This document shows, in pieces, positions 1 to 10,993 of a stretch of DNA of 64,000 nt (position 1 is its first letter; the number at the start of each line of letters is the position of its first letter). The notes under the pieces were generated by a model that had not been told where the DNA came from, made no database searches, and saw only the letters and a list, made by a program, of their open reading frames with translations. The translations under genes were made by a program, and so were the position numbers. The stretch is from Candidatus Multivorans sp. GTDB lineage: Bacteria > Acidobacteriota > Thermoanaerobaculia > Multivoradales > Multivoraceae. The stretch covers positions 832,001 to 896,000 of the forward strand of contig OZ245033.1 in NCBI GenBank assembly GCA_965224025.1, in the 5' to 3' direction.

Positions 1-222
1 CGGCGCGCACACCTTGATGCCGTACTCGGACGCCTCGGCGCTGTCCATCTCGACCAGCAACTCCAGGCTGTTGCCGGCGACGCCGTCTACAGGCAGGTCC
101 GCGCCGGACGGCACGGTCTGCGGCCCCTTCCGCACGCCGCCGCGGCGCAGCGCCTCAAGCTCCTCGGGAGCCTCCATGCGGAGCAGGCCGTCCTCCCCGA
201 GCAACAAGACCCGCGGCAGGCT
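1..222 (-). pseudogene. GH32 (beta-fructofuranosidase-like) C-terminal fragment, runs off window
   Basis: Minus frame reads LPRVLLLGEDGLLRMEAPEELEALR...GNSLELLVEM...EYGIKVCA, resembling the GH32 propeller-to-sandwich junction. It is joined out of frame to an unrelated SnoaL-like stub (LRNYRAAMRNGDIDAQVAFFAE) at about 222. Confidence 0.5.
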
Positions 223-2615
223 TCCGCGAAGAAGGCCACTTGCGCGTCGATGTCCCCGTTCCTCATCGCGGCGCGGTAGTTCCGCAGAGCGGTGAGCACG
301 TCGGCCCCGGTACCTGCACCTGAGGGTGTACTCGCCGATCCACACATCAATCCGATTCCCTGCAGGCCGAGATTGTCGCGTACCCATCCCGCGAACGCCA
401 GTGATCTCACGGTGTTGGATGTTCAAACAGTGTCCGCTAAGCTCCCGCGAGCTACCAGGTTCAGTAGCCCATCACCGGTTTCACCCACGAAGGAGGTTCG
501 AGAAATGCGACGAGTCCAAGGTCCCATCGTCATCTGCATGGTCATGGCGGCGCTGATCGCCGTGGGCGCTCATGCCGACGCGCCTCAGACCGGCACGGTC
601 GAAGGCGTCGTCACCGATGCGTCGGGCTCGCCGATCCCTGGAGTCGCCGTCTCGCTTGAGAGCGAACGCGGTACCCGGACGGCTATTGCGAACGCGGAAG
701 GCGCCTATCGCTTCGGCCTGCTCGTGCCCGGCGACTACACGGTACGGGCTGCCATGGAGGGCATGCAGTCGCAGCCCGCGGCAGCGCCCCTCGAAGCCGG
801 TACCCGCCTGGTGAGGAACCTCCAGCTCGCTTCCATCACGGAGGAGACGATCACCGTGATCTCCGAGGCGCCGCTGGTCGACAAGTACGAGGTGGGGGCG
901 GCCTCGACCCTCGAAGCCGCGGTGGCGGAGAACGTGAGCTTCGGGAAGCGGAACTACCAATCGGCGGTCATGCTGCTGCCCGGTGTGACCAGTGACGCAC
1001 GGTCACAGGGCCTCGGCGATCACACACCCACCGTCAACGGCGGTCTGTGGAGCGAAACCGCGGGCTTCGTCGACGGCGTGGACACCTCGTTCAACCGCCG
1101 CGGCGGCAGTTCCCGCCTGTTCCTGCCGACCACCGCGCTGTCCTCGGTTCGCCTGGAGTCGGCCGGAGCGCCGGCGGAGTACGGCCGGGTGATCGGCGGC
1201 GTCACCAACGCCGTGGTCAAGACCGGGACGAACAGGTTCCACGGCGACCTGCTCTACATTCTTCAGCGTCAGAGCTGGCGCGCCCAGTCGGACGCCGTTC
1301 CGCTGCCGCGCTCGAGCGACAACACGAATAGTTTCGAACTCGCGTTCGGCGGTCCGTTCGCCCGCGACAAGGCGTGGTACTTCGTCGCAGGGGGCGAGAC
1401 GAACTCGAACGAGATCGACGCCTTCCGCGGCGGCGCCGTACTCGACAACAGCATGCAGGGCGAGCCGCTTGTCGGCAAGTTCAACTTCCAACCCCAACAG
1501 GACCACCAGTTCTCTCTCCTCTATGCCGACGGCAGCGTGGCCAAGGTGTCTTGGGCGGCAAACGCCGCCGACCTCTGGACTCCAGGCATCTTCGACCTCA
1601 CCGAGATTCTCACCCAGGGCGCCTGGAACTGGGCGGTCTCCTCGAACGCCTTTCTCGAACTGAAGGTGGCCGACTACGAGTCGGAGATCCTTCGCGGCCA
1701 GGTCAATCAGCGGCCGGTCGACTCCGGCGCGAACCCCGACAGTCCGGCGGGTAGCGGCGGCGCCTACTGGGACCTGACGAACAACCTCAAGTACAACTCG
1801 GTGTACCTGGGATCCGGCACCGGCTACAACTCCTTCCCGCGGAAACAGGGCAACGTCGCCCTGAACCTCTTCCGCGGCGACCACGAGTTCAAGTTGGGTG
1901 TCGACTACCAGGATCTCGAGTTCGAAAGCTTCAACACCCCGCCTACCCGGTATCAGGGTCGGGGTTACAACGAGAACCTCCCGGGCGGCTTCAGCGTGCC
2001 GGTACGCAAGCGAGTCTTCATTGTGCCGGACGAGCCGGTGGTCACCACCAGCGACAACCTGGCCGTCTTCGCGCAGGATCGGATCACCGCCGGCGACAAC
2101 TGGACGTTCAACCTCGGGCTTCGCCTGGACGCTCAGGACCACGCCAACGATGTCGGCGAGGAGGCCACCTCGCCGAGCGACGTGGCGCCGCGTCTTGCCG
2201 CCATCTACGACATCAAGGGCGATGGCAGGACGCTGCTCAAGGGCACCCTGGGACGTACCTACCAGCTCATCGGTACGCACATCGTCAACGGCTTCATGTC
2301 GCGGCTGCCGAACGGCGCCAACGCATTTCACCAGTACGGCTACAACCGGGCGACACAGCTCTACGACCGCTTCCAGTTCACGTCGATCCCGAACAACCGG
2401 ACGCCGATTCAGCCGTTCGACCCGTACTACAAGGACGAGATCACCTTCGCCGTCGAGCGGCAGATCGGCGATCTTTGGGCTTTCGAGGTCCGCGCCATCG
2501 TCTGGGAACTCGGAGACCTGTACTGGGGCAACGAGCAGTTCGACGCGAACGGCTGAGGTGGTCCCGGTCCTTTGGACAGTTTCGAGGCCGGGCTAAGGTG
2601 TACTCCATGTGTTGA

Positions 2616-3482
2616 TTACGCCGCAGCCGCCGTCGCCGGGGCTGTGGAAAACTCTCGATTCTGCGGAATGCCCATTAGTCCGCGGTGGGCTTCGGCAGGT
2701 GTCCTGCCGCCGAGCGCCGTGTGTGGCCGCTCCTCATTGTAGAAGGCGAGCCACCCATCGATCACCCGCCGCGCCTCGATGCCGTCGACGAGTTCGTTCA
2801 GGTAGACCGCCTCGTACTTCAGCGAGCGCCACAGGCGCTCGATGAAGATGTTGTCGAGGAAGCGACCCCGGCCGTCCATCGAGATCTTCACCGTCGCGTT
2901 CTCGAGAAGACCGGTGAAGTCGCCGCTCGTGAACTGGCTCCCCTGATCCGTGTTGAAGATGTCCGGCTTGCCGTACCGGTCGAGGGCTTCGGCGAAGGCC
3001 TCGACGCAGAACGATGCGTCCAGGCTGTTCGACAGCCGCCAGGACAACACCCGACGGCTCGCCCAGTCCATGACCGCCACCAGGTACAGGAACCCGCCGC
3101 GCACCGGAATGTACGTTATGTCCGAGCACCAGACTTGATCCGGACGCTCGATGGAAAGCCCCCTGAGCAGATAGGGATAGACCTTGTGCTCCGGGTGAGG
3201 CTTGCTGGTCCGCGGCGCCCGGTAGATCGCCGCGATACCCATCAACCGCATCAGACGCCGCACCCGGTGACGACCGACCCGAACGCCCTCTCGGCGAAGG
3301 TGGCGGACCATCTGACGCGAACCGTAGAACGGGTACAGCAGGAACAGCTCGTCGATCCTGCGCATCAGGGCCAGCGTCTCGGCGCTCTCGCCCTTGGGCC
3401 GGTAGTACAGCGAGGAACGGCTGATCTCGAGCAGACGGCACTGCCGACTCAAGCTCACGTCACCCGTCTCCCGCTCGATCAT
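2616..3482 (-). CDS. IS3 transposase OrfB (rve DDE), -1 frame relative to OrfA
   Basis: WCSDITYI, FNTDQGSQF, DNIFIERLWRSLKYE. Confidence 0.95.
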   Translation of the reverse strand: MIERETGDVSLSRQCRLLEISRSSLYYRPKGESAETLALMRRIDELFLLYPFYGSRQMVRHLRREGVRVGRHRVRRLMRLMGIAAIYRAPRTSKPHPEHKVYPYLLRGLSIERPDQVWCSDITYIPVRGGFLYLVAVMDWASRRVLSWRLSNSLDASFCVEAFAEALDRYGKPDIFNTDQGSQFTSGDFTGLLENATVKISMDGRGRFLDNIFIERLWRSLKYEAVYLNELVDGIEARRVIDGWLAFYNEERPHTALGGRTPAEAHRGLMGIPQNREFSTAPATAAAA

Positions 3483-3502
3483 CCGCAGGCGCTCGGTCCG
3501 GC

Positions 3503-3784
3503 TCAGTGCCCGAGCCCCCTGGACAAGAAATCCCGCTCGATCGTCAGCTCCCCGATCTTCGCGTGCAGGTCCCTGATCTCCTCCTCGTGGTCCCGGCGCC
3601 GCTCCGGCCCGGCCGAGAAGGTCTCACTCATCCCCTCGATCGCCTTCCGCTTCCAACTGCTCACCTGATTCGGGTGAATCCGGTGCCGCGATGCGATCGC
3701 CGCGAGCGGCTTCTCCTCACGCAGCGCCTCAAGCGCCACCTTCGACTTGAAAGCCGCAGTGAACTTCCGACGCTTCCTCTTCAT
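3503..3784 (-). CDS. IS3 transposase OrfA (HTH)
   Basis: MKRKRRKFTAAFKSKVALEAL...IHPNQVSSWK, a typical HTH_Tnp_1 sequence. Confidence 0.93.
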   Translation of the reverse strand: MKRKRRKFTAAFKSKVALEALREEKPLAAIASRHRIHPNQVSSWKRKAIEGMSETFSAGPERRRDHEEEIRDLHAKIGELTIERDFLSRGLGH

Positions 3785-4559
3785 CCTGGCTCCTCCTCTA
3801 GGTCGAGGAGTACACCTTAGCCACCTGTCCAGTTTTCCGGGACCACCTCAGGCATCCCCTTCGACGCAATCGCCAACTACGACGAGGGCAAGCGCGAGTA
3901 CCAGGGGCTGCAGTTCGAGTACAACCGGCGCTACCGGGGCAACTGGACGCTCAGAACCAACTACACGCTCTCGAAGGCCGAGGGCAACGCCGTCGGGAAC
4001 ATCACGAACAACGACACGACGGACGCCGACACCTTCCTCGAGGGAAGGGGAGGGGTCGACGTGGTGACCGGTCGGACGGATAGCACCGCGGTCAACCGCT
4101 TCGGCCCGACTTCGTCCGATCGCACGCACAATCTCAACGTGGTGGCGCTCAAGCACTGGGAGTTGGGGCGCCACAGGCTGGGGCTCGGCGCGACTGGCTG
4201 GTTCCGTTCCGGCCGCCCCTGGACTCGTATCGGCCGGGCCACGGTGGCTCATCCGGTGAGCGGGCAGAGGATCGTCACCGAGACCTACCGCGAGCCGCGC
4301 GGCTCCAACGAACTCGAAAACACGATGAACATCCACCTGACCGCCACCTGGGACTTCCCGCTGAGCGGCCGCGTGGAAGGGCAGTTGCGAGGCGAGTTGG
4401 CGAACGCCACCGACGAGCAGGAACAGATCATCGTCAATCCGTTCAACGCCCGCCCGTTCCCCGGACGCATCTCCTATCAGGTGCCTCGAGAGTTCCGGGT
4501 GGTGGTGGGCATTCGGTTCTAGCGCGGGCATCGGGCAGGCCGCTGGTAGTACCTGCGGC

Positions 4560-4988
4560 TCAGCCCGCCCCGGCCTGCAACGAGGCGTAGCTCCGGTAGT
4601 GCCCGTCGGGCACCGCCATGAGTTCCTCGTGCGTTCCCTCTTCCCGGATCTCGCCGTCCTCCAGGAAGTAGATCCGGTCCGCATTGGCGATCGTCGACAG
4701 GCGGTGGGCGATGATGATGACCAGCTTGTCCTTCGCCGCCTCGTGCAGGGCGTTGACGAAATAGGCCTCGGTCTCGGGATCGAGTGCTGAGGTCGGTTCG
4801 TCCAGGATCAGGATGCGCGCATCGAAGAGGCGCATGTAGGAGAGCACGCGCGCGAAGATGCGCAGGACTTCGCGAAACGGGATGTCGGTGTGGACGTCGA
4901 GCGCACTCGCCGAGCGGTCGAGCTCTTTCTCTTTCTCTCGGAGCGATGCGCGCCATGTCCGCGGATCGTGGGACCTGGCTTGCCTCAT
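4560..4988 (-). pseudogene. ABC exporter with large in-frame internal deletion
   Basis: About 55 N-terminal residues are fused directly to ILILDEPTSALD...IIAHRLSTI (Walker B, H-loop). The TMD, Walker A and signature motif are absent. Confidence 0.85.
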
Positions 4989-4996
4989 CGTCTAAG

Positions 4997-6403
4997 CCGA
5001 AGTTCTGAGCTTCAAGTCGTGAAATCGCCTGTAGTGGTGGGCGTTTTCAGTTGTTCGGCGGTGTCTTGTACTGGGTACGTCGGCTTCAGGGGCGGATGCC
5101 GAGTAGTTTGAAGGCTTCGTTCTGGAGTGGAGTGGGCCGTGCGCGCACGGCGATGGCGTCCTTGCCGCGCAGGGGGTTCTTCTTGCGCCGCGTCGCCGCA
5201 ACGACGGCGTCGAGCTTGCGCTCGGTGGCTTCGAGAAGCTCCTGGCGCTTGCGGCCGCGTTCCTCCGCCAGAAGCGGGTTCCGGCACACCACGAGGCGCT
5301 CCTTCGGGTACAGCTCCGGGACCCTGATCTCGGCCATCTTCCGCTGGTCGAAGAGCGACAGTTGCAGGTGGCCTTCCTGGGCCAGCGTCCTGATCGCCGG
5401 CGCGCGCAGGGCGCTGATCCAGGACAGGCCCGCGGGGTCGAGGTCCTCGCGGATGCGCGCGTCGGTGATCAGGCCCCGGTCTGAGACCATCACGATCCTC
5501 TCCAGCGAGAAGCGGTCGCGGAGCTTCTGCACCTGGGCGTTCAGGGTCGTCGGATCGGCCGTGTTGCCCTCGAATACCTCGACCGCGACCGGGCATCCGT
5601 CCCGGCTGCAGAGCAGGCCGAAGACGATCTGGACCTTGCCTCTCTTCTTGTCCCTGGAGTAGCCGTGCCTGGCCAGCGTGCACTTCCTGCCCTCAAAGTA
5701 GACCGAGGTCACGTCGCAGAGCACCAGCGAGCCGTCTTCCAGATGCCGCCGGGCAAGAGTCCGCTCGATGCGCGGCTGTCTTTCGAGCAGCCAGTCCATG
5801 GCGCCGTAGAGTTCGTCGGCCGAGGCCTCCTGCACGCCGAGTTCCTCGCCGAGGGTGTGGCTCATGGTCTCGCTTGCGAGTCCGCGGGCGGTGGCGAGCT
5901 TGGATCGCGGCTCGAGGATGCGGGCCGCGATCATGGCCAGCGCCAGCGCCCGCTCGCGCGAGGGCCGTCGATCGAGGAGCCGTTCGAGGCCGAGGCTTCG
6001 GGCCGCGCCGAGGACGGCGGCGACGTGGCCGTGCGGTCTGGCGCGCAGGATCTCGAAGGCTGCCTCGAGCGAAGGCAGGGCGACTCCTCCCTTGAGCAGG
6101 GTTCTGAGTCCTTCGACGAGTTGGTCGGGCCACTTGGAGAGGTTGGCGAGAGTGCGTTTCTTGACCTTTCCGTCCTGTCGGTAGGACTCTCTCAGCAGGA
6201 CGGCTGGTGGTGAGTTTCGGTTGGGTACCCGTTCGATGTACATGGCTTCTCATTGTAGACGAAACCATTCAGAATATCTACATGACACGAGATCATTACA
6301 TGGCTACCAATGGCAGAAAACAGGGGCGGCCCAACACCCGAAAACCCAAGCACTGCAACGCCTCTCGACGACGAGGAGGCCCCAGGAGCCTCAGAACTTC
6401 GGG
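4997..6403 (-). mobile_element. IS1634-family element, internally deleted
   Basis: 13-bp IR CCGAAGTTCTGAG at 4997-5009 and 6390-6402. CTAAG direct repeat at 4992-4996 and 6404-6408. The exact end is ambiguous by 1 bp. Confidence 0.88.
5086..6243 (-). pseudogene. IS1634 transposase lacking the third catalytic (E) region
   Basis: MYIERVPNRNSPPAVLLRESYR, CDVTSVYFEG and SDRG are present. The sequence then jumps from KDAIAVR straight to the extreme C-terminal ARPTPLQNEAFKLLG. Confidence 0.85.
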
Positions 6404-8029
6404 CTAAGGTCGCGCGTCCGCGGAGGCGGTCAGTATCGATTCCGGCAGCGCCGCTCGCCAGCCCGCGTGCAGGCTACGGGACAGCTCCTCTACGTGCCCA
6501 CGCCGACCGGGATCAGACGCCAGATTCTCCCACTCGAAGGGATCTTCTTCGAGATCGTAGAGTTCGCGCTCCGTCTCGCCGCCGGTCGCCTCGAGCGGGG
6601 TCCATTCGGTGTACCGATAGCGCTGAGTGCGTAGGGTGCGGCCGTGGAAGCGCCCGCGCTTCGACTCCGAGAAGGCCGCCGACTTCCACGGGCGGTCCGG
6701 TTCGTCGAGCAGCGGCCGGAAGCTCGTGCCTTCGAGTTCATGCGCCGGTGTCGGCAAGTTGCACAGCTCGACGAGCGTCGGGTAGAGATCGACCAGTTCC
6801 ACCAGTCCGCCCGTGACGTCTCCGGCTTGCCGTCCGCCCGCGACCTCTCCGGCCTGTCGGCCGCCCGGAAGGCGGACGAGGAGCGGTACGCGGGTCGACT
6901 CCTCGAACTGGAAGGTCTTGCGCCACAGCCCCCCGTGCTCGTTCAACTGGAAGCCGTGGTCGCTGGTGAACACGACGATCGTGGAGTCGGCGAGGTCGAG
7001 CAGCTCCAGGGCGTCCAGCAGTTGGCCTACGTAGAAGTCGGTCATCGTGACCATCGCGTGGTACGCGGCAATGGCCTGCTTGCGTTGCCTCTCCGTGTGG
7101 GCGGCGTCGTCCGGCAGCAGTCGGAACGCCGCGGCGGGCAGGTCGTCGGTGTCGTCGGGCGGCGTCCGCGGCAGCCTGATCTCATCGACCGGATGCTGCT
7201 CGAAGAACTCCACGGGACCTACCCACGGCTGGTGGGGTTTGTGGAAACCGGCGGCGATGAAGAAGGGTTTGTCCCGGTTCTCGGCCATCAACTGGACGAT
7301 GCGCGTCGCCGTGGTTCCGTCCGGCGTCATGCGCGGCGACTCCCGGGTCGCGCGCCATGACAGGGGAAGACCTGCTCGCCGCCCCAGAGTCCTGAGGACA
7401 TCGGCGCGTGACATGCCGTTCTCGGAGCCGTCCACCCAGGTGTTGTCCCGCTGCTCGGACAGGTCGATGCCGGGCAGGTAACCCGGCAGGTGAAGGCGCA
7501 GTTCCGGCTCTCGCGACAGCACGAACTTCGACACGTCCCACATCACCACGTGCTCGAAGATGTTGTGGGCGATCTTGCCCACCCGCGCCGTGAAGTAGCC
7601 ATGATCGTGGAAGTGCTCCGGCAGCATGCGCAGGTCGTCTCCGATCTTGCTGCGGGGAGGCGTCTGGCCGTTGTAGATGTCCGTTGTGGGCGGCCGCAGT
7701 CCGCTCAGGAACGAGGTCCGCGACGGGTTGCAGAGCGGGTTCTGCACGTAGGCCCGGTCGAAGCGAATGCCTTCCGCGGCCAGGCGGTCCAGATTCGGGG
7801 TCTTCGCGCCCGCGTACTGCGGCGAGGGCGCCGAGGCGAGGTAGGAGCCCAGTGCGACGTTCAGATCGTCGGCGACGATGAACAGGACGTTTGGACGCTC
7901 GTCGAGGCCCGCTTGCCGATTCGGCGCCGCGGCCGCCAGCAGGAGCTGATCGGACCGGTCGCCGGGCTGCGCGGCGCAAGGCACGCAGAGCAGCGCGCTG
8001 AGGAGCAGGAGTGTCGCTTGCTTTCCCAT
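6404..8029 (-). CDS. Exported formylglycine-dependent sulfatase (iduronate-2-sulfatase-like)
   Basis: Signal peptide, PNVLFIVADDL, CNPSR, GKIAH, FTSDHG. Confidence 0.93.
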   Translation of the reverse strand: MGKQATLLLLSALLCVPCAAQPGDRSDQLLLAAAAPNRQAGLDERPNVLFIVADDLNVALGSYLASAPSPQYAGAKTPNLDRLAAEGIRFDRAYVQNPLCNPSRTSFLSGLRPPTTDIYNGQTPPRSKIGDDLRMLPEHFHDHGYFTARVGKIAHNIFEHVVMWDVSKFVLSREPELRLHLPGYLPGIDLSEQRDNTWVDGSENGMSRADVLRTLGRRAGLPLSWRATRESPRMTPDGTTATRIVQLMAENRDKPFFIAAGFHKPHQPWVGPVEFFEQHPVDEIRLPRTPPDDTDDLPAAAFRLLPDDAAHTERQRKQAIAAYHAMVTMTDFYVGQLLDALELLDLADSTIVVFTSDHGFQLNEHGGLWRKTFQFEESTRVPLLVRLPGGRQAGEVAGGRQAGDVTGGLVELVDLYPTLVELCNLPTPAHELEGTSFRPLLDEPDRPWKSAAFSESKRGRFHGRTLRTQRYRYTEWTPLEATGGETERELYDLEEDPFEWENLASDPGRRGHVEELSRSLHAGWRAALPESILTASADARP

Positions 8030-8085
8030 GTGGCTCTCCCTTGCTCAACTCCATGGCCTCGGTCCCCATAGAGTTGGGGGACCGA

Positions 8086-9117
8086 ATGTCTGTTGTACCG
8101 CCGTTGTCGCCGCTCAGGGCGATCGTATCCGGGCCGGCGATGCTGCTGTCAGTGCTCCTCGCACCGGTGCTCGGGTGCGTGCCCGAGAGCCGAGCCGACC
8201 GGCTGGAGAGCGGCGCCGCGGCCCACCGACGCCCCGCCGTCGGCGGTCCCCGCTACGGCGGCCACCTGCGAGTCGCCCACTCCCTCGAGCCCACGTCGCT
8301 CGACGCGGTCCTCGGGCGGTCGGGCGCCGACGCCTACTTCTGGCGGCAGATCTTCGATCAACTGGTGGATGCGGACCCGCAGCTCAATCCGCGGCCGGAG
8401 ACCTCACTGGCGACCTCCTGGGAGATCGCGACGGACCCCGACTCGATCACCTTCCAGCTTCGGGAGGGCGTCGTCTTCCACGACGGCACGCCCTTCAACG
8501 CCCAGGCGGTGAAGGCCAACATCGAGCGGATCCTCGACCCGGAGACGATCGCCACGCCGCGCGCATCGCTGGCTGTGATCGAGGCGGTCGAGGTGATCGC
8601 CGAGTACACCGTGCGCTTCGATCTGGCGCGGGCGTGGGGCGCGGGCTTCGGCATGCTGGCCGACCGGGGCGGCGTGATGAGCTCGCCGGCCGCGATCGAG
8701 GCGCTCGGCCCCGACTACGGCTGGAACCCGTCCGGGACGGGGCCGTTCAAACTCGAGGAGGTGATCACCGGCACGCTCGTGCACCTGGTGCGGAACGAGG
8801 ACTACTGGGGCCGGGACGAGCACGGCAATCAGCTTCCGTACCTCGACGAGGTGACGATCCGGGTGATCCGCGACGAGACGGTGCGCGCGGCCGCTTTGCG
8901 CACGGGGGAGATCGACGTCACCTACCTCCCCTACAAGGACGTGTCGACCTTCGAGCGGGACGAGCGGATCCAGATGGAGACGATGCCGGGCGGCGGCATC
9001 GCGCTCACGCTGGTGTTCAACGTGAACAAGCCGCCGCTCGACGACGTGAACGTGCGGCTGGTGGGGGACGCGCTGCGGGATCTGTTGGATCCGCGGTTGC
9101 GGGGGGTGATTCATTGA
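8086..9117 (+). pseudogene. Peptide ABC substrate-binding lipoprotein (family 5), truncated and fused to a DppC/OppC permease tail
   Basis: LREGVVFHDGTPFNAQAVK and GTGPFKL are present. The C-terminus LVGDALRDLLDPRLR is the hallmark end of OppC/DppC permeases. Confidence 0.85.
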
Positions 9118-9206
9118 GGGGGGAGCGGCGTTCGCTTCTAGCCTGGCGCGGGGGAACTTTGCGGACACTCGTGATGCAAAGCAACCCCGAACCGAACCTT
9201 CCTCGC

Positions 9207-10766
9207 TCACGCCGTCGTGCTAGCCGTTTGGTCTTCTCTAGGGCATGCGGAGTCTCCTTCGGGTGAACTCTGGCGCTCCAAGAAAGTGCAAAGGTGCTCC
9301 ACCTTGGATAGAAGCTCATCGAAGGTCATCACCACCACGTCCTTCGAGTTGTGGCGGAAAATCTCGAAAGATCTGACGCGGTCGTCCTCCGCCGGCATTC
9401 GCCCTGCGAGCAAGTACGCCTGCACGTGATGGGCTTCTACACGAAGCGTAGGATTGCGATGCCGGTGCCAAGCGATCTCGTCCTCGAACCTCTTCTTCTG
9501 GTCAAGTGCCTGGTTCATGGCGCCGACGAGTTCGCGCGACGGCACGTACACGCCCTTTCTGTATGCTCTCTGGTTAAGCAACCGTAACTTGGGTGTCTTG
9601 ATCTCGACCAGAGCAGCGTTGTTCGTCAAGGAATTTTTCACCAAGAAGTCCGTGATCTTGTCTCCACTTCCGTCGATCTTCCGGCCGCCAACAGATGCTT
9701 GGTCGGCGACGTAGACGAAAGGTCGGCCGAAGACCATTGACAACACGAATGGATTGGCCTGAAGGAAGTCCTGCCACGTTTCTTCATCGTGCTCGGTCTT
9801 CATCATCTTCCTCAGATTGTCGAGGAGGTCCCTCGTTCTTGCAGTCACGATCCCCGACTCCAGACCGTCGAGTGTGGCCGGTTCGTGCTCGAGAATGGAG
9901 CTGGCGTTTTCCGCCAGAGTATCTACGAGCTCGGTCTGTTCTGCGCGAGACAAAGGCCTTTCGCCGTTAAGGAGGGCGGTGAGAGCCTTTCGGAGTTCCG
10001 CCCTTCCATACTTCATCGGGCGGCTCGGGAGGCCTAGCACGGCGGCGAACTCGTTGTACGTCGATGTTTGGTTAACCGTGTTGGCCGCTGCGCGGGATGT
10101 GTTGTTAACGCGGTCGACCAACTTCTTGAGGGTTAGCATGTCGCTGGCGGAGACGACGAATGTCTTTGAGTCTTCCCGGTATTCCGTTGAGCCGTCTTGG
10201 GTGATATGGAGTTCTTGGGCGTCGGTGAGCTCCTCGATGGCGTACAGGACCGACCTGTAGGCCCGTCTGAAGCCCAAGCCATATTGGGGATCCTTGACGC
10301 AGTAGGGAGGGAGGCCAGCAAGGAGATTCAGGATGTCGTCAGTGGATGTCGGGACGGTTTCGTCAAGCTCTGGCTGCCGGATCTCGTGGTCGAGTTCTTC
10401 TCTCTTCGTCTTGCCGAAGTAGGAGCCCAGGAACTTGGGCTCCGGCTGCTCCTCGGTAGTTGGGTTGGCTCCGGAGTAGACGACGCGTCCGCCGGAGAAC
10501 GAGATCCGCTTGATTCGGTCGTACTTGGATCGGACGGCCCGTTCGGGGTAGACGAGGTTCTTCATCGGAAACATGGTCAAGAGCCCGTCTAGGACGTTGA
10601 CTTGAAACAGTCGAACGCGATCCGGTTTCGTGTCGCGCTCGTCGGCGGTGGCTCCGAAGCGTCGTTGGGGTTGGAAGTACACGTTGACTTCGCCTGGGCC
10701 GACTCGCTCGAGAGCAAGAGGGTCCTCCCAAGAGTGATGTTCAAAGTCGTCGTCAGGACTGACCAT
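9207..10766 (-). CDS. sduA: Shedu anti-phage nuclease (DUF4263 C-terminal domain)
   Basis: EETWQDFLQANPFVL, ITDFL, VEIKTP, ELVGAMNQALDQK, TFDELL. Visibly lower GC than its neighbours. Confidence 0.88.
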   Translation of the reverse strand: MVSPDDDFEHHSWEDPLALERVGPGEVNVYFQPQRRFGATADERDTKPDRVRLFQVNVLDGLLTMFPMKNLVYPERAVRSKYDRIKRISFSGGRVVYSGANPTTEEQPEPKFLGSYFGKTKREELDHEIRQPELDETVPTSTDDILNLLAGLPPYCVKDPQYGLGFRRAYRSVLYAIEELTDAQELHITQDGSTEYREDSKTFVVSASDMLTLKKLVDRVNNTSRAAANTVNQTSTYNEFAAVLGLPSRPMKYGRAELRKALTALLNGERPLSRAEQTELVDTLAENASSILEHEPATLDGLESGIVTARTRDLLDNLRKMMKTEHDEETWQDFLQANPFVLSMVFGRPFVYVADQASVGGRKIDGSGDKITDFLVKNSLTNNAALVEIKTPKLRLLNQRAYRKGVYVPSRELVGAMNQALDQKKRFEDEIAWHRHRNPTLRVEAHHVQAYLLAGRMPAEDDRVRSFEIFRHNSKDVVVMTFDELLSKVEHLCTFLERQSSPEGDSACPREDQTASTTA

Positions 10767-10993
10767 GGATTGCTCTCTGAAGTTCTAGAGGGTGGCTACC
10801 CTTCGCTAGAGGACGTGGATGGGTATCGCTTGAGTGACCAAGTCGCTTTCCGGTGGGGTGGGCCAATCGTGCGCCCAGCCGCTGCTCTCGATCGTACCGG
10901 GCGCGGCGGTTGTCCGCCTAGTGCTGGTGTCCAAGAGCGTTGGGCGGGCTGCGGCTCCGAGGGCGATTCACTGAGCGAGGATGGGTGTCGTTC

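Larger units (their letters stand above)
2554..3850 (-). mobile_element. IS3-family insertion sequence, 1297 bp, 3-bp target duplication GGC
   Basis: Ends are TGAGGTGGTCCCGG and CCGGGACCACCTCA, with further shared blocks TGGACAG and GCTAAGGTGTACTCC. GGC occurs at 2551-2553 and 3851-3853. Confidence 0.97.
505..4522 (+). pseudogene. TonB-dependent receptor (carboxypeptidase regulatory-like N-domain), interrupted by IS3
   Basis: AGGAGG at 491 and ATG at 505; signal peptide; GTVEGVVTDASGSPIPGV; AEYGRVIGGVTNAVVKTGTNRFHG. The frame resumes after the IS (NG|IPFDAIANYDEGKREYQG) and ends ...VVVGIRF at 4522. Confidence 0.92.

Noticed and set aside
3490-3540. Programmed -1 slippery site in the first IS3
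   Set aside because: The frames fit -1, but no canonical A6G-type heptamer is visible, so no site was called.
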